Assembly (NCBI GenBank): GCA_045803545.1
Contig: JBJMOW010000002.1
Span: forward strand, 1 to 64,000
Direction of reading: 5' to 3'
DNA from: Gemmatimonadaceae bacterium
GTDB taxonomy: Bacteria > Gemmatimonadota > Gemmatimonadetes > Gemmatimonadales > Gemmatimonadaceae
Length of the DNA stretch: 64,000 nucleotides
In this document: positions 29,642-39,324 of the stretch, piece by piece
Position numbering within the stretch: the first letter of the stretch is position 1
Layout of the letters: every line of letters begins with the position of its first letter
Made by a program: the position numbers and the translations under genes
The notes under the pieces: model-generated
Databases searched by the model: none
What the model was told of the DNA's origin: nothing
Seen by the model: only the letters and a program-made list of their open reading frames with translations

Positions 29642-30781
29642 ATGACGACCGATGAATTGCGCTCGATATTCCGGGCTCGCTTCAAGGCTGAGCCGGAGGT
29701 GATCGCCTCTGCGCCAGGTCGGGTGAACGTCATTGGTGAACACACGGATTACAACGGCGGTCAGGTCCTGCCGATTGCCATCGATCGGCGCACCTACGTG
29801 GCGATGCGTGCGATCCCGGACGCAAGCTGCAGCAGAGTCTCTTCAAGCTTGGAGTCACGCACGGGAGAATTCGACGCGCGGTCACCAGCGCGAAGTGGCG
29901 CGTGGTGGGATTACATGGCGGGCGTGTGCTCCGAAATCACAGCGGACGGGGTCGCACCTCCCCAGTTTGAGGCAGTTGTGGTTAGCGACGTTCCGGTTGG
30001 AGCCGGCCTCAGCTCGTCAGCGGCGCTCGAGGTTGCAACTGGCGTCGCGCTAACGGGACTCACTAAACGCCAGCTCGACAAAAAGGATCTTGCGCTCGTT
30101 GGTTGGCGCGCTGAAAACCAGTTTGTCGGGGTGAACTCCGGCGTAATGGATCAATTTGCGTCGGCGTTGTGTGAGACGCGCCGCGCGCTCCACGTCTGGT
30201 GCGATACTCTCGACACAGAGAGCGTGCCGATGGCAGAGTGTGTCCTGATTTTCGACACGGCGACGACGCGCTCCTTGCGCGGGTCGCAGTTCAACAGTCG
30301 CCGCGCAGAATGTGAGGAGGCCCTAGCGCTGCTCAGGAACAAGTTTCCCGAGCTCGCTAATCTCGCCGGCTCCTCCGTGACCGAAATCGAAGAGGCCGAC
30401 CTTCCCGAGTTGCTCGCCCGCCGCGCATTGCATGTCGTCGAGGAGACTGGAAGGGTGGGGACCGTCGTGCGGGAGCTCCATACCACCGGTCGAATACCGG
30501 GCGAAACGCTGTACCAATCTCACGAGTCGCTGCGGACCCAATACGAGTGCTCAACACCTCAACTCGATTGGTTTGTCGACCGAATGCGCGGCTCTGAGGG
30601 AATCTCCGGAGCCAGGTTGACCGGGGCCGGGTGGGGTGGGTGCGCCATCGCCGTCGGATCGCCGGCAGCGTTGGGTGCGGTAAAGGACAAAACCGCAGCT
30701 GACTACGAAAAAAAGTTCGGCCTCAGGCCGCGGGTCTGGCTTACTTTTGCCGGCGACGGCGCCAGGATCGAGCCGACATAG
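29642..30781 (+). CDS. galK: Galactokinase
   Basis: APGRVNVIGEHTDYNGG, GHMP motif VPVGAGLSSSAA, GVMDQ, GARLTGAGWGG. Confidence 0.95.
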   Translation: MTTDELRSIFRARFKAEPEVIASAPGRVNVIGEHTDYNGGQVLPIAIDRRTYVAMRAIPDASCSRVSSSLESRTGEFDARSPARSGAWWDYMAGVCSEITADGVAPPQFEAVVVSDVPVGAGLSSSAALEVATGVALTGLTKRQLDKKDLALVGWRAENQFVGVNSGVMDQFASALCETRRALHVWCDTLDTESVPMAECVLIFDTATTRSLRGSQFNSRRAECEEALALLRNKFPELANLAGSSVTEIEEADLPELLARRALHVVEETGRVGTVVRELHTTGRIPGETLYQSHESLRTQYECSTPQLDWFVDRMRGSEGISGARLTGAGWGGCAIAVGSPAALGAVKDKTAADYEKKFGLRPRVWLTFAGDGARIEPT

Positions 30782-30904
30782 ACGACCTTCCGATTTGTTA
30801 ACGGGTACTACTAACAGTCGTCTTATAACAACAACGAAATACTTGGAAATCATCGAGTGAGAAGCGGTGCTCGTCACTGCTCCACCCTCGCGAATCTTAT
30901 AACT

Positions 30905-32101
30905 ATGAATAGCGCGTTTCTGTTTTCCACCGGCATCGAGAACAGTTACCCCGTTCTGCCGAACGGTCGACGAGTCGATGAGATGGAGAAGTGTGGCCAC
31001 TACGAGCGTTGGCAGGAAGACTTTGCGCTAGCCCGCGAGATGGGTATCAAGGCGCTGCGTTACGGACCTGCCTACTACAAGACTCACGTCGCACCCAGCC
31101 AGTTTGACTGGAGCAGCTGCGATGACCCGATCCATTCCCTTCGCAATCAAGGTATCGAGCTGATCGCCGACCTTTGTCACTTCGGAGTTCCGGACTGGCT
31201 GGGTGGGTTTCAGGATCCGGCGTTCCCAGTGTTGTTTGCCGACTACGCTCGCGCTTTTGCGCGTCGCTATCCGTGGGTGCGTTACTACACTCCGGTCAAC
31301 GAGATCTTCATCTGCGCCAGCTTCTCGGCGCTGCGCGGTTTCTGGAATGAAGCGCTGACCGACGAGAAAGCATTCGGTCGTGCGATGCGCAACATGTGCA
31401 TGGGCCACGAACTGGCGATCGAAGCCATTCTTGCTGAACGGCCGGATGCAATTTTCGTCCAGAGCGAGTCGATCGAGCATTTCCATGCGGCGACCAAGAA
31501 GGCAGAGACCAGAGCGGGACGTGAAAACGCGTTCAAGCATTTGTCGCTCGACCTCACGTTAGGTCGCGAGCTGGCGCCAGGAATGGCAGGATTTCTCCAG
31601 GACTGTGGCGTCACGTCCAACGATCTGAGTTTCTTCCGTGAGCGTCGCGGTGTTGGACAGCGTTGGCTCGGCCTCGATTACTATCCGACTTGCGAGCACC
31701 GCGTTTCGTCGACGGGCCACTCGACGACCAGCCACAAGCCATTCGGCTTCCGTTACCTCGCCAGCGAGTACTACTCCCGCTACCGCATTCCGCTGTTCCA
31801 TTGCGAGACAAATCGCGTGACCAACCTCGCGGTTGATTGGCTCGATGGACAGTGGCAGGATATCCTGTCGCTCCGGAGCGCTGGAATTCCGGTTATGGGC
31901 TTCACCTGGTTCTCGCTAACCGATCAAATTGATTGGCAGCACGCGTTGCGTGTTGAGCGCAATGATGTCCACCCCGTCGGACTATACGATCTCGATCGGA
32001 AGATTCGTCCCGTTGGCCTCGCCTACCGGAAGCTGATCGCTGCGAATTCGACGATGCCAATGATCCCGACCCCTACCGAAATTCGCGCGCAACAGGCATA
32101 A
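30905..32101 (+). CDS. Glycoside hydrolase family 1-like protein
   Basis: GHYERWQEDF, acid/base TPVNE, nucleophile CETN; paralogue of the 37958 protein. Start taken at ATG 30905. Confidence 0.8.
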   Translation: MNSAFLFSTGIENSYPVLPNGRRVDEMEKCGHYERWQEDFALAREMGIKALRYGPAYYKTHVAPSQFDWSSCDDPIHSLRNQGIELIADLCHFGVPDWLGGFQDPAFPVLFADYARAFARRYPWVRYYTPVNEIFICASFSALRGFWNEALTDEKAFGRAMRNMCMGHELAIEAILAERPDAIFVQSESIEHFHAATKKAETRAGRENAFKHLSLDLTLGRELAPGMAGFLQDCGVTSNDLSFFRERRGVGQRWLGLDYYPTCEHRVSSTGHSTTSHKPFGFRYLASEYYSRYRIPLFHCETNRVTNLAVDWLDGQWQDILSLRSAGIPVMGFTWFSLTDQIDWQHALRVERNDVHPVGLYDLDRKIRPVGLAYRKLIAANSTMPMIPTPTEIRAQQA

Positions 32102-32108
32102 CTACTGC

Positions 32109-32141
32109 GACCGAGGTCTTCGACCTCGGTCCTTTGTTTTT
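32109..32141 (+). terminator. Rho-independent terminator
   Basis: gaccgaggtc-ttc-gacctcggtc + ctttgttttt. Confidence 0.75.
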
Positions 32142-32147
32142 CAATCA

Positions 32148-32960
32148 ATGCCTCAAGTCAAAAGAGCAATTATCCCGTGCGGGGGTAAAGGCACGCGCAT
32201 GGCATCGCTCACCGGCGGACGCGCCAAGGAGTTGATGCCGGTGGCTGGCCAGCCACTATTGCTCTGGGTACTTGGTGAGTGTGCGGCGAGCGGGGTCGAA
32301 GAAGTGCTGGTGGTCGCGGCTCCGAACAAACATGATCTCATCGAAGTGGCGCGCGACGCCGCAGGCAGGTCGGGGATGCCTGGTCGCGTTGAAACGGTAA
32401 TTCAGCGAGAGCCGCGTGGACTTGCCGACGCAATCCGTTACGGCGAGCAGTTCGCCGCGTCACAGCCCTTCGGCGTTGCTTTGCCGGATAATCTCTTTGT
32501 CTCCGAAGTTCCCGCCCTGCGACAGTTGGTCGATGTATACCGCCGGACTGGCAAGAACGTTGTAGCGATGGTGGAGCTGTTTCCAGAGGATGCGGAGCGC
32601 GCCGGTCCAACCGCGATTTATCCCGGGAGAATGGAAGGCGACCTCTTTCACATCTCGGAAGTGCCGTCGAAAGGAAGTCGCGGGTCGACTTTCGATCTGA
32701 AAGGCGCGCCGTCGGGTGTGACCGGCGTTGGCCGCTATGTATTTCTCCCTGAAGTGTTCGCCGCTATAAACCAAGTCGAGAAGAAACTTGCACCCGGCGA
32801 CGAGCTTGATGATGTGCCGGTGATGTCGCTGCTGCTCCGGAAAGACCGGTTAATCGGCCGGCGCATTGTTGGCGACTTTCTCGACGTCGGATTGCCGATC
32901 GGTTATCGGGAAGCCAATGAACGTCTCGCCGCCAATCAGCAGCCGCGCTTCGCCAAGTAA
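32148..32960 (+). CDS. Sugar-1-phosphate nucleotidyltransferase (GalU-like)
   Basis: AIIPCGGKGTRM...AKELMPV, QREPRGLADAI, PFGVALPDN, VGRY, DVG. Confidence 0.85.
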   Translation: MPQVKRAIIPCGGKGTRMASLTGGRAKELMPVAGQPLLLWVLGECAASGVEEVLVVAAPNKHDLIEVARDAAGRSGMPGRVETVIQREPRGLADAIRYGEQFAASQPFGVALPDNLFVSEVPALRQLVDVYRRTGKNVVAMVELFPEDAERAGPTAIYPGRMEGDLFHISEVPSKGSRGSTFDLKGAPSGVTGVGRYVFLPEVFAAINQVEKKLAPGDELDDVPVMSLLLRKDRLIGRRIVGDFLDVGLPIGYREANERLAANQQPRFAK

Positions 32961-34318
32961 GTCAGCTCGTTTTCGCGGTCGCCGACGACAATTCGATTGA
33001 CCCACTCGACACCCTGCGCCACCGAGTGATCCATGTTCCCGACTTCGTAGCGCCAGGCGCCAAAGCGGCCGCGCGAGTAGATGTCCTGTGACTCGAGCCA
33101 CGGATGCACCGTGGCCAGCGCCTTGTCACGCTCGAGGCTCGGAATGGGATAGGTGTACTCCCGTTCGATCACGTAAGCGTCCACAACGTCGTCGAGGTCG
33201 GCCTGGGCTAACATCTTCGTATTCACCATTCCCTGCAGCGTGTCGTCGATGACCTTGCTGCCATCGACAGGCTTGAAATCCGACCTGGAGATTTCCGCGA
33301 GCAGCGAGTACTGCTTCGACGCATCCGGAACTACTTCCGGTGAATAGTTCGACAAATAGGTCAGCCGGTAGAACGGACAGTTCTTCTCCGGGAAATACAT
33401 CCAGCATTTCTTCGAAGGCGACGGCTGATTGACGCCGACGCCGACGATGTAGGAACCGGAGTGGCGCAGCAAGTCGGCCTGCTCGCGCACTTCGTCAGGC
33501 ACTTCGCCGTCGATCGACCGGACGAGGAGATCCATCGGCATCGTCGACAACAAGTGGTCATACGCTACCCGATGACCGTCTTCCAGAACCACTTCCTTCC
33601 GGGCGAAGTCAACTGCGACCGCCGGAGCATTCAGCCTGAGATTGTCCTGCACGTATGGCTGAATGCGCTCGAACAATCCGCCGGTCCCGCCGCTTCGCGG
33701 ATACTTGAACGTAGCGTTCGGGCCCCAACCGGCGTCGTCGCGATCGAGCACTACGTTGCCGAGCACGCGCTTGATGTCCACGACCGAGACGCGCTCGCCA
33801 ACCCACTCCTTATTCATCATGCACGGCGGGTGCGCCCACACCTTGAAGTTGTACGGCATCATGAAGTACTTGGCGATGCCTTTCCCGAACACGCCGAGAA
33901 TGAACTCTTCGAAGTTGTGGAAGCGCTTGAGATCGAACTCCTGCTTCTGCGCTTCGATCAGGCCCATCAAGCATTCGAGCACCACTTCCCTCGGCAAGTA
34001 CTTGATGTTGTTCTGGAACGGGTAGGGAAGAAAGCGATCGCACATCCAGACCCACGACTCGCGCAGCAGCTCCTGGTATTCGTCGCCAATCACCTTGGCG
34101 AACAGTCGATCGAAGTATTCGTAGTGCGAGAAAAGAACATGGCCGCCAATGTCGTAGGTGAAGCCATTGGGCGATTTCTCTGACGACGCCAGGCCACCCA
34201 CTTTGTTTCGCGCCTCGAGGATTACGAAGTTCTGGTAGCCAAGCTCGCGTAGACGGTAGCCAGCGCCAAGCCCGGTTGGTCCGGCGCCTATGACCACGAT
34301 TTTTTTCTGCTCAGACAC
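32936..34318 (-). CDS. FAD-dependent UDP-galactopyranose mutase, eukaryotic (fungal/trypanosomatid) type
   Basis: IGAGPTGLGA, DIGGHVLFSHY, PYPFQNNI, PYNFKVWA, WGPNATF, PFYR, SRGRFGAWRYEVGNMDHS match recalled Aspergillus/Trypanosoma UGM motifs. Confidence 0.8.
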   Translation of the reverse strand: MSEQKKIVVIGAGPTGLGAGYRLRELGYQNFVILEARNKVGGLASSEKSPNGFTYDIGGHVLFSHYEYFDRLFAKVIGDEYQELLRESWVWMCDRFLPYPFQNNIKYLPREVVLECLMGLIEAQKQEFDLKRFHNFEEFILGVFGKGIAKYFMMPYNFKVWAHPPCMMNKEWVGERVSVVDIKRVLGNVVLDRDDAGWGPNATFKYPRSGGTGGLFERIQPYVQDNLRLNAPAVAVDFARKEVVLEDGHRVAYDHLLSTMPMDLLVRSIDGEVPDEVREQADLLRHSGSYIVGVGVNQPSPSKKCWMYFPEKNCPFYRLTYLSNYSPEVVPDASKQYSLLAEISRSDFKPVDGSKVIDDTLQGMVNTKMLAQADLDDVVDAYVIEREYTYPIPSLERDKALATVHPWLESQDIYSRGRFGAWRYEVGNMDHSVAQGVEWVNRIVVGDRENELTYLAKRGC

Positions 34319-36569
34319 CGCTCGTCTCCAACACTTCAGGATTGATGTGACGCTTGCTGACGGAAGCCAGCCAGGAATCGACTGCTGTCTCGAGCGTGGG
34401 CATCAGCTTTCCGCGCTCGCTTGTCAGAGCGCTGTTTAGCGGGCGTCGCGCACGTAGCCCGAGGTCGCTCATCGGTACGCCGACGATGCGCGACGAATCG
34501 AGGCCGGCTCTCTCCGCTGCCAGGCGCGCGAAATCGAACCAGGTCAGCGCGCCGTCGTTCACCAGGTGCCAAGTGCCGCGCTCATCGTCGACGAGGAGGT
34601 CGAGGGTCGTATTGACGAGGTCGGGAACGTAAGTGGGCGACATCATGGTGTCGTTCGCGACACGCACCTCACAGCCCTGGCTGAGCTCGTGGAATGTCGT
34701 CGCCAGAAAATTGTGCGAGTCCCAGGGCCCGAAAAACGCGCTCGTTCGGATTAGAAGCGCGTTGGGCAATTGACGGAGATGCTTTTCCAGTCGTGCTTTG
34801 CTGTCGCCGTAAATGTTCAAAGGGCTGGCGACGTCGCTCTCTACGTACGGATCGCCCTTCCTGCCGTCGAATATCAGGTCGCTCGAGATCGCCACGACCG
34901 GAATTCCCAGGCGCGCACATTCATCAGCCAGCACACAGCCGCCTTCCGTGTTTACGCGAAAACAATTCCCGGCATCCCGCTCGGCATCGTCGACTCTTAC
35001 GTAACCCGCCGCGTTGACGACTGCCCACGGCCGCACGCGATTGAGAAAGTCGGACACCGACTTGCGGGCGCTGATATCGAGGTCCTCGCGGCCGGCCCCG
35101 ACCACGGCAAGCCCGCGCTCACCCGCGACGCGCAGGAAAGCGTGTCCAAGCGTCCCATTGCAGCCGGTGATGAGAATCACCCGCTCGCGAGCCAGGCCTT
35201 CCTTGTTTTGTCGCGGCTCATCGTTGCTGACTTCCAGCTTCGGCCGACGCAGGAGCCGAATGTCCCGACGCCACCACCCAATGCCATCGAGCACGGGATG
35301 GTCGCTCGCTCCTGTGGTCGCCAGCGCCGCTGTCATTCTGGCCAATGCAGTGGGACGAGGCAGGGGCGAACGCAGATCAAATGCGGCCGGCTCGTACGAG
35401 TCAAAGTCGGATGTGAGAAGCGAGCACCAGCCATAGCAGCCGAGCAGCGACCAGACAGTGATTGCACGGACATCGATGTTCTCACTGCGCAGGTCGAGCG
35501 CGGCGCCCCACGCTTCGGCGAGCCATCGCAACTGGTCCTCACGGGTGCAGCCGAGATGTACCTCGGTGATCGCGAGCGGTAACGCGTAGCGATCCCATGC
35601 TTCGCGGAGCGGGCCACTGTGTCCGGTGATCCCTTCGTCCAGAATTCGTACGGCCTCGACGTCAACGTAGGCTTGTCGCCCGTTGCCGGGATGATCGCGC
35701 TCCGGATAAAGGTCTATGCGATCGTCAAGGAAACGATCGCTTGTGACGTAATGATTGATGCCGATGATGTCGGGCACGCAGGGGCGAGAGAGGAAGCTCT
35801 CCAGCTCCTGACGTTGGACGCCGGATTCGAGTAGGTGCCACCAGAGCGGCTGCCTGTCATCAAGGCGTCCCGTCAGAATGTCGAAAGTCAGCCAGCGTCT
35901 GCTGTTGTCGAAGTTTGCCTGATAGGAAAGTGCCGGCGTGCTGTAGGTCTTGCCGAGGTCCTCAGTCTGAACGAGGCGAGCTTGAGAATTGACCGAACGA
36001 ATGGCCGACATCGCCGCGCGAACCCCCGCGCATTGGTTCACGACAGCTCGCGCGAAAGAACGGTCGTCGCGAGCGTGCGGGTACCAGTGGCCGTACAGCG
36101 TGGCGAACCTTGCGGTGGTGAGCGGTTCGTTGATCGGTGTGTACAACTCGATCCACGGATAGCGCCGAGCGACAGCACTGGCGAACTCGCTCAGCTTGCT
36201 GCTGAACTCGTCGTCGAGGAGGCTGGTGTAATTCGGTCCGCTGCCGTGGTGAACCAGTCCAATTATCGGTTTGATGTCCAGCTCGCGCATTTTGCTCAGC
36301 GCACGATCACTCTCAGACCAGTCCAGATCGGCGAGTGAATTGGGGGCGACGCGCTCCCATAAAACGGGATAGCGCAGTGTGCGGACGCCCAGCGACGCAA
36401 ACTGCTCGAGGTCCTCCTCGATTCGCTTCGTGTGTCCGCTTAAAACGAGCTGATCGTAAAAGCGCTCACCAACACGGTTAACAGTGCACTCGATTCCGCC
36501 CCAGATCTCTACCTTTTTTGAAGCATCGCTGGTAGCCGAGGGGCGCGCTGGAAGTGCCCCGGGGGTCAT
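34311..36569 (-). CDS. GH1-like domain fused to RmlD-like (dTDP-4-dehydrorhamnose reductase) SDR domain
   Basis: N-terminal: WGGIECT, TPINEP, ITEVH; C-terminal: ILITGCNGTLG, VVNAAGYVRVDDAE, SSDLIFDG, YGDSK, SPTYVPDL. Confidence 0.85.
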   Translation of the reverse strand: MTPGALPARPSATSDASKKVEIWGGIECTVNRVGERFYDQLVLSGHTKRIEEDLEQFASLGVRTLRYPVLWERVAPNSLADLDWSESDRALSKMRELDIKPIIGLVHHGSGPNYTSLLDDEFSSKLSEFASAVARRYPWIELYTPINEPLTTARFATLYGHWYPHARDDRSFARAVVNQCAGVRAAMSAIRSVNSQARLVQTEDLGKTYSTPALSYQANFDNSRRWLTFDILTGRLDDRQPLWWHLLESGVQRQELESFLSRPCVPDIIGINHYVTSDRFLDDRIDLYPERDHPGNGRQAYVDVEAVRILDEGITGHSGPLREAWDRYALPLAITEVHLGCTREDQLRWLAEAWGAALDLRSENIDVRAITVWSLLGCYGWCSLLTSDFDSYEPAAFDLRSPLPRPTALARMTAALATTGASDHPVLDGIGWWRRDIRLLRRPKLEVSNDEPRQNKEGLARERVILITGCNGTLGHAFLRVAGERGLAVVGAGREDLDISARKSVSDFLNRVRPWAVVNAAGYVRVDDAERDAGNCFRVNTEGGCVLADECARLGIPVVAISSDLIFDGRKGDPYVESDVASPLNIYGDSKARLEKHLRQLPNALLIRTSAFFGPWDSHNFLATTFHELSQGCEVRVANDTMMSPTYVPDLVNTTLDLLVDDERGTWHLVNDGALTWFDFARLAAERAGLDSSRIVGVPMSDLGLRARRPLNSALTSERGKLMPTLETAVDSWLASVSKRHINPEVLETSGV

Positions 36570-37798
36570 TGAACCGCAAGCTCCCCCAGTCTCTCGGCGC
36601 GACGTGCGACTCTGATCTGCGGTGCGGTGGTTTCGCTGACCTCGCTGATCAGTTTGCGCATCTTTCCAACGATGCTCTCCCAGGATGCGTTTGCCGCCAT
36701 CTCGATGCCCTGGGCAACGAGAGCTCGATCGGGGTTCGTTGCTGACTGACTAGTGAGCGCAACGAATTCACGCTCCGAGCGCGCGACTCTCACCACGGGA
36801 GTGAAGTTTCTCACGACGTCTGGTACAGCCGTTGAGACGATCGGCTTGCCAGCCGCCATGTATTCGAGGGTCTTCGTCGGGTTGATGAACTCGGTTGCCT
36901 CGTTCAGAGCAAATGGCATCAGGCACACCGTAAATCCCTTCACGTATCCCGGCAACGCTGAATAATCGCGCTGGCCCAGCCAACAAATATTCGGTGCTTT
37001 AGGCAACGTTGCCGGGTCAACTTTGACCACCGGTCCAACCATGACGACGCTCGCGTCGGGACGGCTCTCGGCGAGCGTACGGATCAATTCGTAATCGATC
37101 CGTTCGTCGATAACGCCGAAGTATCCGAAGACGGGCTGTGGCAGTGAAGCGATGTCCGCCGGCACCGGCGTCTCCCACAGCCTCGCTTTACCGAAATGCC
37201 GATTATCGACCCCGCACCCGAAAAAGTGAACGTTGCTGTGATAACGCCTCTTGGACTCGTACAGCTTGTAGCCGCCGGTGAAGACAACATCTGCGTTAGC
37301 GAGGAGCAGTCGTTCGCGTCGAACGAGATCAGGATGCGCGAAACGGAACTGTGATAGCTCATCCATGCAGTCGTAGACAACTGCAACCTCGTTGAACGCA
37401 CCCAGCATTGCCGGCGCCGTGAGCGGACTATAGAACCACTGGACCGGATTGTTGAACGTCCGCTTTAGCTCGCCGCCGGGCAGAATCGCGTGTTGCACGA
37501 GCCTGCGAATCTCGGCGATGCCGCGTTCGTAATCGTCACGGAAGACACCCGGCAGGTGCGGAACAGCGCGGAAGACATTGGCGTGCGGAACACTGATGTC
37601 GAGTTTGGGCGACGCCAGATCATCCAGGAAAATCGGCTCCTCGACGAAGAGCACGGGACGATGCTCAGCGAGCCGTGAGAGAAGCTGCTGAGGACGTTGC
37701 CACACAAAATCCCAGCGGAGGTGGCTCTGGACGATAATTGGACGGTCAGCGGGTGCGAGCGATCCCGCGGCGTCTGCTAAGGCATCAACACGGCGCAT
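36566..37798 (-). CDS. GT-B fold glycosyltransferase (GT4-like)
   Basis: SHLRWDFVWQRPQQLLSRL, YDCMDEL, GYFGVIDERID, INPTKTLEYMAAGKPIVST; start may extend to 37957. Confidence 0.85.
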   Translation of the reverse strand: MRRVDALADAAGSLAPADRPIIVQSHLRWDFVWQRPQQLLSRLAEHRPVLFVEEPIFLDDLASPKLDISVPHANVFRAVPHLPGVFRDDYERGIAEIRRLVQHAILPGGELKRTFNNPVQWFYSPLTAPAMLGAFNEVAVVYDCMDELSQFRFAHPDLVRRERLLLANADVVFTGGYKLYESKRRYHSNVHFFGCGVDNRHFGKARLWETPVPADIASLPQPVFGYFGVIDERIDYELIRTLAESRPDASVVMVGPVVKVDPATLPKAPNICWLGQRDYSALPGYVKGFTVCLMPFALNEATEFINPTKTLEYMAAGKPIVSTAVPDVVRNFTPVVRVARSEREFVALTSQSATNPDRALVAQGIEMAANASWESIVGKMRKLISEVSETTAPQIRVARRAERLGELAVQ

Positions 37799-37957
37799 TC
37801 TTGAATTCTTTTTTAGGGTTTTCTTGCTGTAATGGAAAAGCAAGCAGCGTGCCGATTTTAATTTCGCGTCGCGAATCGGACGAGTGTGCGCAGACGTACG
37901 CTTTGTTCCGGAATCCTGGGTTTTTTTCTGGGAAAATTTCTTTTTTGTGAGCGACAA

Positions 37958-39178
37958 TCAGTAGCCGAGCACCAACACGAGGCTCTGAGCAGGAATGATG
38001 TCCTTCCAGTGAGCGATCAGTTTTTTGTAAGCGGCCCCCACCGGACGAATGCGGCGATCGAGGTCGCAAAGTCCGAGCGGATTCACACGACCGGCGTCTT
38101 CCCTGAGCGCCGTGTCCCAGTCGACCTGATCGGTAAGGCTGTACCAGGTGAAGCCCACTATCGGAATCCCATCCTCCTTAAGCCTCACCATTTGCGCCCA
38201 CTCTTTTGTTAGCCACTTAACCGCGCCTGGCTGGACGATGTTCGTCTCGGCGTGCATGACGGGCAGTCGGTACCGTTCGAAATACTGTCGAGTGATGATG
38301 TAATAGCCGAAGATCTCGCCCGACTCTGTGTAACTGCCATCAGCATGGACCATGTGCTCATTGGTCCAGTAGTAGTCGGTGCCCATGATGCAGTGCGCTT
38401 TGACATGGTTATCTCTGAACCAGTGGTACTCGGCGTTAGTCAAGCCGTTCTGGATGACGTATTCGTACGTATCAGATGAAAGGGGATAGCCGTACGTCAG
38501 GTCTAGAGCGAGAAATCTTTTTTCGTTGAGTGCGTGTGCGAGCGGCAGTACGCTGGGATCTTCCGCGTGAAAGTATTCCGACGACTCGCTTTGAATGAAC
38601 GTCGGCTGTGGGCGACACTCGAGAATCTCCGTCATCGCCAGAACGTTCGCTTTGCACAGATTTTTCATGGCGGTTACAAACGCGCCGTGATCCCGGCGTC
38701 TTTCATTCCACCAGCCGTGCATTGCCGAAAAGGTGGCGGCGATGAATATCTCGTTCACCGGGGTGAACAGCGTGACCCAGGGGTATCGCTCGGAAAACGC
38801 ACGCGCGTATTCGGCGAAGAAGTGCGGCCATTCCGGATTTTGAAAGTCGCCGAGCCAGTCAGGAACACCGAAGTGGCAAAGATCGGCGATTGGTGTGATC
38901 TCCAGGTCCTTCAGGGCGTTGAAGGTTTCGTCGGCAAAGCTCCAGTCGTAAATCCCCGGGCCCAGATGTGTCCTATAGTAGGGCGGACCATAGCGAAGAA
39001 ATTCGATGCCCAGCTCTTTGACGAGGGCGAAGTCCTCTCGCCAGCGGTCGTAATGACCGCACTTCGCAAAGCTGTCGACGCGCTTGGCGGTGCCATCGGG
39101 TAGTCCGATTACGGGATAGCTACCCTCGATTCCGGTCGCAAAGAGAAAATGTGGGAAGCAGGGTGGGTCTCGGCGCAT
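37958..39178 (-). CDS. Glycoside hydrolase family 1-like protein
   Basis: FATGIEGSYP, GHYDRWREDF, TPVNE, HAETN, GFTWYSLTDQVDW; start taken at ATG 39178. Confidence 0.8.
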   Translation of the reverse strand: MRRDPPCFPHFLFATGIEGSYPVIGLPDGTAKRVDSFAKCGHYDRWREDFALVKELGIEFLRYGPPYYRTHLGPGIYDWSFADETFNALKDLEITPIADLCHFGVPDWLGDFQNPEWPHFFAEYARAFSERYPWVTLFTPVNEIFIAATFSAMHGWWNERRRDHGAFVTAMKNLCKANVLAMTEILECRPQPTFIQSESSEYFHAEDPSVLPLAHALNEKRFLALDLTYGYPLSSDTYEYVIQNGLTNAEYHWFRDNHVKAHCIMGTDYYWTNEHMVHADGSYTESGEIFGYYIITRQYFERYRLPVMHAETNIVQPGAVKWLTKEWAQMVRLKEDGIPIVGFTWYSLTDQVDWDTALREDAGRVNPLGLCDLDRRIRPVGAAYKKLIAHWKDIIPAQSLVLVLGY

Positions 39179-39324
39179 TGTGACTGCACTGCGCGCGTTC
39201 CATGCCGAACCGCGGTTTTTTCGCGATGCGTGGCGTGTCGGGGCAACTGCTGGCTCGAGAGTTCCGCGGCACAGCACTGGCAAGTCTTTACTCTGAACAT
39301 CAGCCTGACCCGAGGATGGTTCAG

